Below, in pieces: positions 53,037 to 64,000 of a stretch of DNA of 64,000 nt (the stretch's first letter is position 1; every line of letters begins with the position of its first letter). Source of the stretch: Eledone cirrhosa (Eukaryota). Position numbers and translations under genes: made by a program. Where the stretch lies: assembly GCA_964016885.1 (NCBI GenBank), contig OZ024747.1, positions 55,552,001-55,616,000 of the forward strand, in the 5' to 3' direction. The notes beneath the pieces were generated by a model, which was given only the letters and a program-made list of their open reading frames with translations, was not told the origin of the DNA and ran no database searches.

Positions 53037-53930
53037 ACTAGCTGTGGTACCCGGCGTTGCACGAGATAAGGTATTTTGGAACGCGGACTTCCAATAGACC
53101 TAAAAACTGCATGCCTGGACAATATGTAAAGAAAATAAACAGAATACTCTGATGGCTGGATAATCTTTAAGATTTTCCTCGATGAAGCAGGAAAAATGCG
53201 GGCCCTAGGGGATCAAGAAAATGAATTTTTTTCATATGCATAATATGCCTTGAAATTTCCGGAAAATCGGCTAGACGTAACGCCTCCAAAAAGCTCTAAG
53301 AAGCTGAAAAAATGAAGTTTTTCACCTAATGCGGGCCCTAGGCCATAAGAAAGTTGGATTTTCTTTGCTGACGGTATGAAGAAAAGACTGACTAATACAT
53401 AGTTACAATTTTAAGGAAATCGGTCTGACGTAACGCCTCAAAATACCTCTAAAAATGTTAAACAACGCAGTTTTTCACCTAATGCGGGCCCTAGATAAAA
53501 ATAAAAGTTGAATTTTTTATGTGCATAACACTCCCTGAAACATAAGTAATACACATGTAAAGTTTGAAAACAATCGGTTGGGTACTTCTCGAGTTTTAGG
53601 GATTCAAACTCACACACACACACAGACATCCTCAAGGAATTGACGTAATGCAGTGTCAGACATACATACAGATATTATAAGGGCGTGACGTTATATATAT
53701 GTATCTATCTAAAAAGAGAAAGACTAAGAATTATAGAGCGAGATCGCTAAATCGCCTAATGTGGTCTCTGGGACATAGAAAATTTGAAATTTGTTTTCCC
53801 TAGAACACTCCCTGAAACATAAGTATTACATGTGTAAAGTTTGAAAACAGTCGGTTGGGTGGTTCTCGAGTTTTAGGTATTCGAACTCTCACACACACAG
53901 ACAGACATCATCAGTTTTATATATATATAT
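53037..53930 (+). mobile_element. Helentron-associated non-autonomous element (HINE-like) with internal sub-repeats
   Basis: Starts ACTAGCTGTGGTACCCGGCGTTGCACG and ends ACAGACAGACATC..TTTTATATATATA. ATGCGGGCCCTAG occurs three times and AACACTCCCTGAAACATAAGTA twice. Confidence 0.72.
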
Positions 53931-54705
53931 ACTAGCAGAAAACCACCCGGTGGGCGGTTTTCTGCTAGCAAATCTAGTGTAAATACTGATATTGTTGAGA
54001 TTTGGATGAGAAATGTTTTTGGCACCACATGTTCACCGTCTCTCGGTGTGTCTTTTATGCATGTATAAATATATATGTTATCTATACGGTGAAATCTTTG
54101 AAATAAATATATGTTAAAACGAAAAAGGAGAAAATTAGTGACGGAAATATAAACGTTATGATACATAAACGTTATGATATAACGATGGATATATATAAAC
54201 GTTTACGATAAAACGATGAAAATAGAAACGTTTATATATAATGATAAGCCGAAACACTCGTAAGCCGAAACACTCATAAGTCGAAACACTCGTAAAGCGA
54301 AACGTATAAATAAAGATTAATGTAATGAATTTGAAAAGCATAGAGATTTGAAACCGCGTCTATTTGTTTCCTTGGCATTTTTTACAGACGGACAGAGAGA
54401 CAAACAAACAGAGAAATTCCCATTATATATTATAAGTAGACTTGGCATGGTGTCAAGTCAGAACCGCCTCGAACTGGTTACTTCTGGCTTGTGCCAGGTA
54501 TCTCTATAGCAACCAGCGATTCCCTCGGCCTCAGTGACCAAAGTCAGTGGAGAGGGGAAGGTAATGTTTCTATAGCGACAGTGTTTCTCTTGGTAGTACC
54601 AAAGTGGAGAAAGGAAGGGGAAGGTAATATTTCTGTAGCACCTACATTTGAGTTTTAGGGAAGGACAGACAGACAGACAGACAGACAAACAGAGAAATGC
54701 CCATA
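53931..54705 (+). mobile_element. further tandem HINE-like elements with 5' hairpins
   Basis: Hairpins CTAGCAGAAAACC/GGTTTTCTGCTAG (53932) and GACTTGGCA/TGTCAAGTC (about 54440). Ends read (ACAG)n-AGAAAT.CCCAT.ATAT. Confidence 0.6.
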
Positions 54706-54896
54706 TATTTCTGTGTGTGTATATATATATATATATATATTACACACACAGAAATGTATATATATTTCTGTGTGTGTATATATATATATATATTACACAC
54801 ACAGAAATGTATATATATTTCTGTGTGTATATATATATATATTTCTGTATGTGTATATATATATATATTACACACACAGAAATGTATATATATTTC
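54703..54896. repeat. palindromic minisatellite TTTCTGTGTGTG(TA)nCACACACAGAAA, array 1
   Basis: Each unit is largely self-complementary. About three units. Confidence 0.85.
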
Positions 54897-55015
54897 TTAG
54901 AACAAAATTATTATTAATGTTTTGCTGTTCATAACAATTGGAATTGAAAAATTACTTTTGAAATTATTAGTTATTTTACTAATGCTTAGATATGTAAAAA
55001 TGAAGCAATGTTTCT

Positions 55016-55207
55016 AATAATTGTTTCTACTTTTGGCACAAGGCCAGCAATTATCACTACATTACTGGTACTTTATTTTATCGACCCCGTGAGGATGAAA
55101 GGCAAAGTTAACCTCGGCGGTATTTGAACTCAGACCGTTAAGGGACGTAACTCCATGCTATGAAGCATGGTGTCCGACTCTCTACAGATTCTGCCAATCC
55201 ACCGCCC
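55016..55207 (-). mobile_element. SINE family A
   Basis: Full-length match. Confidence 0.9.
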
Positions 55208-55459
55208 TAATGTCTGTACGTAGTGAGGGAGTGAGAGGGGAGAGAAAGAAAGGCAGAGGTGAAGTGACGAAGTGACTCTCTCCTCCTCCTCCTCCTCCTA
55301 CTCCATCTCCCCATTCGTCACAGCGATAGAGGGGAGGAATGTTAGTGTGTTACAAAGAGAAAGAGTGAGAGTGAGAGAACAGACAGACTAAAAGAGAGGG
55401 ATAGCTGGAGAGAGAGAGAGAGATAGCAACAGATACACTACAGTAGCTAAGGGATGTGT

Positions 55460-55775
55460 TTATATTTCTGTGTGTATATATATATATATTTCTATGTGTG
55501 TAATATATATATATATACACACAGAAATATATATACATTTCTGTGTGTGTACATATATATATATATATTACACACACAGAAATGTATATATATTTCTGTG
55601 TGTGTATATATATATATATATTACACACACAGAAATGTATATATATTTCTGTGTGTATATATATATATATTACACACACAGAAATGTATATATATTTCTG
55701 TGTGTATATATATATATTTCTGTGTGTGTATATATATATATATTACACACACACAGAAATGTATATATGTTTCTG
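55460..55775. repeat. palindromic minisatellite, array 2
   Basis: Same unit as 54703-54896, about five units. Confidence 0.85.
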
Positions 55776-56131
55776 TAGCACTCCTCAATTCCCCCCTCTC
55801 TCCCTCCCGCTATCCCCTCTTGTAGTCTGTCTCTTTCTTTCACTCTCACTCTCTCACTCTCTCTCTACGCGTGCGCAAAAAACATTCGCACGCGCGCACG
55901 TGTTTCCACTGTCGGACAGACAGACAGAGAAATTGCTGGTTATATATTATAAGGGGATATATATATGTTTCTATGTCTTTCTTTTTTTTCGTTTCTTATA
56001 TAAATAATAAGAATATTTACACGAACAAAACCCACATCGTACCGTCCTGTACCGTCCTGTGTCGTCTGTAATGTTTTTCTTAATGTCTGCCCTTGCGGCC
56101 AATAAAGAAATCATTATTATTATTATTATTC

Positions 56132-57090
56132 AAGGGTTGGCAGAGTCTTTATAGAGCTGGATAAAAGCAGAGCAGTATTTGTTAAGGCTCTGTATGGTCT
56201 GTTTTTATCCACCCAAGGTCAGCTTTGACTCTCCTCCTTTCAGGGTCGATAAAATACGGTACAGAGGTGATATTAATTAGTAAAATATTGAGGTCAATTT
56301 AATAGAGACCCCAGCTACATTACTGGCCTTCTGCCTTCCATTTTATCTTCCTAAAACATTACTGGCCTTATGCTTGAATCAAAAACCATTACTAAGGCCA
56401 GTGGAGTTGCAGAATTAGTAGAGCACTGGACACCCTGCGTTGCAGCGCAGAGTTATGACCCTTTAAGTTCTAAGTTCAAAATTTGCTGAGGGTAGCTTTG
56501 CCTTTAATCTCTACGGGGTCGATAGAATAAAGTACCAGTAACGAACTGGAATCGATTTAATCGTCTTTCCTCCCTCAAAAAATTGCTGGCCTTGTGCCTA
56601 AATCAGAAACCATTGGTGAATTGGCAGTATCGGTAGAGGGTCAGACGTGCTTTCCAGCACAGTTACGTCCCTTTACGATCTGAGTTCAAATCCCGCCGAG
56701 GTTAACTTTGCCTTTCATCCTTACGAGGTCGATAAAATAAAGTACCAGTAATGTAATGCGTAATTACTCGCCTTGTGCCAAAAGTAGAAACAATTATTAT
56801 TATTCATGTTTTTTTAGGTAATAATTGAGCTAAAGGCAGGGAATTAGCAGATGTATTTGATCATGTGACAAAATACATTGTGGTATTCCAGCCTCTTATA
56901 TTATGAATTCAAATCCCTACGAGGTCAGCTTTGGCTCTCATCTTCTTAGACAAGAAAGGGGGAGGGCGTTAATAAATAAAGTGCTGGTCTGATCTTTGGA
57001 CTGGCAGAATTGATACAGCATACAGCAGGGCAACTGGTGGTATTTGATCTAGATCTTTCTATTTTGAGTTAAATCCTGCTGAGGCTTACT
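56132..57090 (+). mobile_element. cluster of about five head-to-tail SINE A copies of different ages
   Basis: Repeated head/box B/core units. The best copy is 56615-56800 (GAGTTCAAATCCCGCCGAGG...GTAGAAACAATTATT). Confidence 0.8.
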
Positions 57091-58175
57091 TGGGTAGTAA
57101 ACCTTATCTGTCAAATAATGTAGCACCATCGGCTGGCCCTTGGATGTCTTTAACAAAGTCTAATCTAATGCAACCATTCTACCCAGATTTCGTGTTTAAG
57201 GATAACACGTCTTGGAAGCCCTGGAAGCTTAAAGACCAACAGACCTGCTCTTCCATATGACTAAGTGATACAAAATACACATAGTTTATATTTTGTATAT
57301 TATTTATTATCAATTTTATATTTAGATAATAATATCTATTTCTTTTTATCATAATCTGCATTATAATACTTAATTTATTTTCTTATATTCTCAATTACTT
57401 ATACGATATTCAATGTTTGCATCATACTCTTCTATTATATTTACTTTATGCTTATATCTTGATTATTTTTCATGAAAAAATATATATTCCGTTCCATCTC
57501 ATATTTCTTAATATATATATATACGTTGATGTTCATTTACACTTCTTAATCTATCAGATTTTACGATAATTCTTTTTAGATTTTGAAATATTATATTATG
57601 TATTTCGTATTTTTATCATAGACTTTTTACTCTTCTTTTCTGTATTCTACTTTCCTTAAATATTTATGCTTTTAGATTAATTTCTTATATTATGTTCATT
57701 TTTAATTTAACTAGATATTTTTATGTTTCCTATATTTTACACGTTTTAGAGTGTATATTTCATTTTTGTAATTTAATATTGCATGTTATATTATTTCATA
57801 TTTTGTATTTATATATATATATTATATTCATGTTTTATATTAATATCTTATGTTTTATAATTCATATCACAAAGCTTGTATTTTCTATTTTTCATATTAT
57901 TATTTGATATTTTATTTTATAATCTTGTACATATTTAGTATTTTATCATATATCATTTATATTTCATCATCATCATTACCAATTTAGATTCGTTTTCCTT
58001 GCTAGCAATATTGCAAAGATCATAATGACTTAGTTTAAACTGGTCTGATAACCATATCTTACCCATGTGTTTCATTTATGCATGGCTCTCTAGATGGATG
58101 CCTTTCACAATGCTAACAACTTCACAGCAATGATTAGGCCCATTTTATGATGGGAACAGCCTGATATATATATAA

Positions 58176-58566
58176 GAGAATGAGGCAAGCATACTCCATT
58201 GGATGTGCAATGTCAATGTGCGTGAACGGCCGAGCATGGATGTGTTGAGAGAGAAACTGTGTCTGAGCGGGATGAATTGTTGTGTGCGGGAGAGGAGACT
58301 GCAATGGTATGGACATGTGATGCGCATGGAGGATGACCGATGGGTGAAGAAGTGCCAAGAAATGACAGTAGAAGGAAGACGTGGTAGAGGTAGACCACGA
58401 AAAACATGGGTGGAGGTGGTGAGAGCAGACCTCAGATCGCTGAAGCTCATGGTGGAGATGACGAATGACCGTGACAAGTGGAGAGATGCTGTGCTGAATA
58501 GGACCCTCCCCACTCTTGCAAGCAGGGAAAAGCGGACATAAAATGATGATGATGATGATGATGATG
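58176..58566 (+). mobile_element. RTE LINE 3' end with (GAT)n tail
   Basis: ERRLQWYGHVMRMEDDRWVKKC...EGRRGRGRPRKTWVEVVRAD...DRDKWR. Confidence 0.88.
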
Positions 58567-58680
58567 AGGAGGATATATATGTTATTCATTTTACTGCTTT
58601 AATTGATCATATTGAGCACAGTATTTATATTCTTTTAGCCTGGTACATTTTTATTGGTGTCGTTTTTGTCAAACAACTAA

Positions 58681-58929
58681 ATAATTGTTTCTACTTTTGG
58701 CACAAGACCAGCAATTATCCCATTGTATTACTGGTACTTTATTTTATCGACCCCGTAAGGATGAAAGACAAATTTAATGTCGGCGGGATTTGAACTCAGA
58801 CCGTAAAGGGCCGCAACACTTTTCAAAGCATGGTGTCCGACCCTCTACTGATACTGCCAATCCACCAAATAATTGTTTCTACTTTTGGCACAAGGCCAGC
58901 AATTATATCAGTGCATTACTGGTACTTAA
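58681..58929 (-). mobile_element. SINE family A plus an adjacent tail-only copy
   Basis: Full copy at 58681-58866. The tail is repeated at 58869-58929. Confidence 0.85.
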
Positions 58930-58994
58930 TGTGACAAAAACACAGACACCGAGAAAAATATAAACACACACACACACATATATATATACATACA

Positions 58995-59123
58995 TCTGAA
59001 GTTTCCAAGGCATTTGTCAATCTGATGCTGTAACAAAAGACACTTGCCCAAGATGCTGTACTATGCGACTGAACCCATAAAACACATGCTTGTGAAGTGT
59101 CTTCCTTAACCACACAGCCATAC
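58995..59123 (-). mobile_element. CORE-like SINE fragment
   Basis: AAAAGACACTTGCCCAAG...GACTGAACCC...CTTAACCACACAGCCA. Confidence 0.55.
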
Positions 59124-60067
59124 ATATACTTTGTTTATATCTTATATATATTTTACATGGTATATTATAATTTCCATAATTTTCGTATTATATTTTCTAT
59201 CTTATATTTAATATTTATAATTTTGATATCATATTTTGTTTATATATATTGTTTTTTTCACATTTTACAATCTTATATATTTTTGTGTTTTATATATATA
59301 TGTGTGTGTGTTTATATTTATATTCTTTCTTTAACTTTAATTGTATTGCTTATTATATATTTTGTTTTTTTGCCTCTTTCTTCTTTTTCAGTCTGTTCTA
59401 ATACGATTTATTTCAATTATGTCAAAATAAATTTTGCTTCGGGGGAAAAAGATGTCAGTCAGTCAAAGTTTATTCTTGTGATGTGGCCTGTATTTCTGTA
59501 ATCTACATATGTATATGTATAGTTATCTTGTATGTCTGTATAATACTTGTGTGATGTGTGGTTTATGTGAGTGAGATACAGCCATGTGTTTAAGTACATA
59601 TAGTATAAAATACTATATGTCTGGTTATATTCGTGTGGTGTGTGATGTGTTGTGTGTGGTGTATGTGAGTGAGATAACGCCGTGTGTCTAAGTATAATAG
59701 TGTATGTCTTTGTATGTGTGGATGAATGTGTGTGTTGATGCAATGAAACGTGTGTAATGTAAGGTGATGCATGTGTGTATATATTTATGTTAGTAAGGAA
59801 CAAATTTAAATGCATGGTGAATGCCTATATACCTAATCACAAAAACAGATGCTTACACATACACACAGAAAGACAGACACACATCCATACACATACACAC
59901 ACACAAACACACAAATATACACACACAAATATACACACAGACACAAACATTCACACACACACATAGATACACACAGACACATATACGTATATAAATACAC
60001 ACACATACACATGCTGAAACATATTACAAAATAAGTACAATAAATAAAATGAAACAGCAGACTATTA

Positions 60068-60484
60068 ATAATTATTTCTACTATAGACACAAGGCTAGCA
60101 ATTTTTGGGAGAGATGAAAGTCGATTAACTCGACCCAAGTGCATTACTGGTACTTTATTTATCGACCCCGTAAGGATGAAAGTTAAAGCTAACCTAGACA
60201 GGATTCAAACTCAACACATAAGTGACCGTAATTCTATGCTGCAAAGCATAGCTTCCGACCCTCTATTAATACTGCCAATCAACCACCCTCAAAATAATTG
60301 TTTCTACTTTTGGCACAAGGCCAGCAATTATACCAGTGCATTACTGGTACTTTATTTTATCGACCCCGTAAGGATGAAAGAGAAAGTTAACCTCGGTGGG
60401 ATTTGAACTCAGACCGTAAAGGACCGTAACTCTTTGTTGCAAAGCATGGTGTCCGACTCTCTACCGATACTGCCAATCCACCAC
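60068..60484 (-). mobile_element. two tandem SINE A copies
   Basis: Copies at about 60068-60288 and 60293-60484. Confidence 0.88.
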
Positions 60485-61376
60485 CATACAGACTGCATTA
60501 ATAATAAAAATAATAAAAACTTATAACGATGATAATGAATGTGTTGATAATGTTGGAGGTGGTGGTGGTGTGTCTGGTGGCAGAGGTGGTGTAGGTTGGT
60601 GGTAGCAGAGATGTTGGTGGTGGTGTGTGTGAGTTGTTAGTGTTGTTGGTGTTGGTGTTGTTGTTGGTGGTAGTGGTGGTGGTGGTGGTGTGTGTGTGTA
60701 GTGGCATAGGTGGTGGTAGTGTAGTGGAAGTGATGGCGGTGGTGTTGTTGTGGTGGCAGAGGTGGTGGTGATGGTGGTGTGTGTGGTGGTGGCATAGGTG
60801 TTGGTGCTGGTTGTATGTGAGTTGTTAATGATGATGGTGGTGGTGTATGTGTGTGGCAGAGGTGACGGTAGTGGTGGTGTGTTTTGTGGCAGAAATTGTA
60901 GTGGTGGTGGAGTGTGAGATGTTTGGGATGAATTGGGTCTGAACAATAGCACCATCTACAAGGTTTGCGTTCATTGATTTTAAAATACCTGAGGCATAAA
61001 TAATTACAATAAATGTATTTTGTTGTAATCGGTGTTGTTTAGCCCAAGGCCATCTTAGATTGAGTAGATATAGGATCAAAAGCATTTCAGATATGACCTC
61101 TGAGAGTGATTTACAATGTTCTACAAGACTACTTTTGGCTGTGGAGTGGATTAAACTCTTCTCACAAGTCATATCAGCTATTTTCTCTGAATTCCAGACT
61201 GATGTACCAAGTGGATCCTGTTGTATTGTAAATACCAATTCTAGGTATAACAATCTCTTTTTTTTATTCAAATATTGTCAGTATTTCTGCTTCAGTACTG
61301 ACTTCGTTTGTGAAGACCAATTCACCTTTGCCAGTAGGGAAAACAGACGTTAAATGGTGATGATGAGGTTGATGAA

Positions 61377-61411
<35 letters not shown>

Positions 61412-62159
61412 CAACGATGTTACTGATGAGTATGATGGTGATGATGATGATGATGATGATGATCCTGTTGCAAAAACTAGTTTATCCAATGTAGTTTCAT
61501 CTTTTTTTAGGTGGTAATTTGTGAGTGAGGGGAAATTTTGCTTATATTTCTAGTGAGGTGATCGTTCAGATAGAGGCCACGTTCTTTGACTCATGAGAAT
61601 AAGAGTTTGAAAAAGTCCTTTTATGTATTTGGTAGGGACAATTTACAGAATTTGCAACAGCAAATTTGTACAGAGCAGGAACCAACTTCATCATTGAGAT
61701 TTGTATTTTATTTATAAACCCTGAAAAGTTGATAAGCAACAGCTACATTACTGGGATTTGAACTCAGAGATGATGAAGATAAAACAAAAGACATATATAA
61801 TTTTATGAACCAAAGAGTGAGTGTGTTTCACTGTTTTTGACAATATTAGGACAACATGATCCTCCTCAAATATAACAATAGATTTTATAAAATATTCTAA
61901 TAGTTCAGCTAATTCACCACTTGAATAAATAATACACATTTGATAAACCCCAAATTGGTAGGGAGTCAATTGGAAGGCATACATATTTGAATTAGATGAA
62001 GGGACTTTAGGCATCTTTTACTAAATATGTCCAATACATGACATCAAGCAATTGACAGCTATACTGGAGAAAGAAATTAATCATCTTCACAGTTGGGTAT
62101 ATTGTATATTATACAAGGATTTTTAAAAAATCGTCTTAGTGGTATTTTGAGACGGGTAT

Positions 62160-62193
62160 GAGATAGAGAGAGAGAGATAGAGAGAGAGAAAGC

Positions 62194-62273
<80 letters not shown>

Positions 62274-62350
62274 TAGGGAGAAAGAGAGTGAGAGAGTGAG
62301 AGAATGGAGATAGATAGAAATAGAGATAGAAAATTGAGTGAGAAAGAAAG
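62160..62350. repeat. (GA)n microsatellite
   Basis: Long GA run. Confidence 0.9.
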
Positions 62351-62662
62351 ACAGAGAAGTATTACAAGACAGGTTAGTTAGTTTATTATATTCTTCTAAA
62401 CTAATTCTTCGCTAGTTAATACTTTGTTTACCATTTTTATTGTAATGAAGTTGTTATTTCAGCTATTTAGATTATTTACAGAAACACACTTGGACACACA
62501 CAAACACACCAATATACATACATATACACATATACATACATACACACATACACACATATGCATATATATATACATAAACACAAACATCTAAATACACATG
62601 CCTATACACGCATATACATATACACACATATACATATAATATTCACACTATGCCAAGATCAA

Positions 62663-63131
62663 CATCATCATCATCATTTTACGTCCACTTTTCCCTGCTT
62701 GCAAGGGTAGGATGGTTCCTATTCAGCACAGCATCTCTCCACCAGTCATGGTCCTTCGTCATCTCCTCTGTGAGTTTCAACGATCTGAGATCTGCTCTCA
62801 CCACCTCCGCCCATTTTTTTCGTGGTCTACCTCTACTACGTCTTCCTTCTACTGCAATTTCTTGGCACTTCTTTACCCAGCGGTCATCCTCCATGCGCAT
62901 CACATGTCCATACCATCAGTCTTCTCTCCTGCACACCACAACTTACCCCTCTTATACCCAGTTTCTTTCTCAACTCGTCTATGCTTGGTCGTTCATGCAC
63001 ACTGGCATTGCACATCCAACGGAGCATACTTGCTTCATTTCTCTCCAGCCGTCGTATATCTTCTGCAGTTGCTGCCCATGTCTCACTACCATGCAGCATC
63101 GCGCATCTCACACAGGCATCATCTCACCGTC
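62663..63131 (-). mobile_element. RTE LINE 3' end, same family as 58176-58566
   Basis: AMLHGSETWA...LERNEASMLRWMCN...MRMEDDRWVKKCQEIAVEGRRSRGRPRKKW. Confidence 0.88.
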
Positions 63132-63651
63132 CTTATATTATGTATATATCATCATTTAACATCTTTTCTCCATGCAATGTGTATATAGAAACATAGATCT
63201 TTAAATGTAGATGTATATTATACAGTCGTTAATTATACATACAAAGCTTCAGTGATTTATATCCATACTAATATAAAATTTCAGTGATATTAAAAGATAT
63301 ATCTATATGCATATGTGTATTTGTGTGTGTGGAGAGGAGGGGATGTCTTGATCTGTGTGTATACATGCATGTATGTCTATGTGCATGTGTATATATGTGA
63401 TTGAGTGTATTGTGTGTCATCATCATCATCATCATCATCATTTTACATCCCTGCTTGCAAGGGTGGGACGGGGACTGATTCTGGGTTGATTGCTACAGCT
63501 GGATGCCCTTACTAACACCAACCTCATTTACAGTGCTGAGTGCTTTTTTTCTGTGGCACCTCCACAACCACTTTGCAGTGTGGGCTGGGTGCTTTTTGCC
63601 GTGGCACCTCCATGACCACTTTGCAGTGGAATGATAGGGACCCCAGTCCTA

Positions 63652-63798
63652 TCATCTCATTTCTACAGCTGAGTAAACTGGAGCAATGTGAAATAAAGTA
63701 TCTTGCTCAAGGAAACAACACATCACCGGTCTGAGAATTGAACTCACAACCTTTCGATTGCAAGCCCAATGCTCTAACCACTTAGCCATGTGCCTCCA
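63652..63798 (-). mobile_element. CORE-like SINE 5' half
   Basis: CAGCTGAGTAAACTGGAGCAATGTGAAATAAAGTATCTTGCTCAAGG...GAATTGAACTC...CTAACCACTTAGCCA. Confidence 0.75.
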
Positions 63799-64000
63799 TG
63801 TGTATGTGAAAATATAGAATACACACTCACATACATACAAACACCAGAAAAGGTTTATTTTAGATAAAATTTAATGTGTTTGATGTGTGTTTTTATAACT
63901 GTATCTACTTTAGGCACAAGGCTTTTAATTTGAAGGGGAGGGGAGAGTCGATTAAATTGAGCCAGTGCATTACTGGTACTATATTTTATTGACTCTGTAA

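Noticed and set aside
60930-61330. Unique-sequence ORFs of 97-148 aa
   Set aside because: No recognisable motif or splice sites, and adjacent to an RTE tail.

Overview
AT-rich eukaryotic non-coding DNA (intergenic or intronic), packed with microsatellites ((TA)n, (TG)n, (TATG)n, (GATA)n, (ATT)n, (AAG)n, (GAT)n) and transposon debris. Composition and repeat types suggest a coleoid cephalopod, probably Octopus; this is inference, not a database result. I can support no host protein-coding gene, rRNA, true tRNA or CRISPR array. Nearly all supplied ORFs are translated microsatellites or LINE/transposase fragments. Recognisable content: more than 25 tRNA-derived SINE copies (a Meta-like family and CORE-like families); LINE fragments of RTE, RTE-X, CR1, Tx1/L1 and R4/Dong-like RLE type; an internally deleted mariner with about 100-bp TIRs; a piggyBac-like MITE; Helentron/HINE-like elements; and several minisatellites. 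The most interesting signals are four. (1) About ten type I hammerhead-ribozyme motifs from several unrelated Penelope/retrozyme-like short elements, nearly all beside (TA)n tracts; three have intact cores and one family shows stem II covariation. (2) Retroelements that each sit in a particular microsatellite. (3) A SINE with ATTATT-starting TSDs whose 3' end resembles an ATT-embedded Tx1 LINE. (4) A SINE flanked by an apparent ~275-bp duplication that preserves the empty site of an RLE-LINE insertion.
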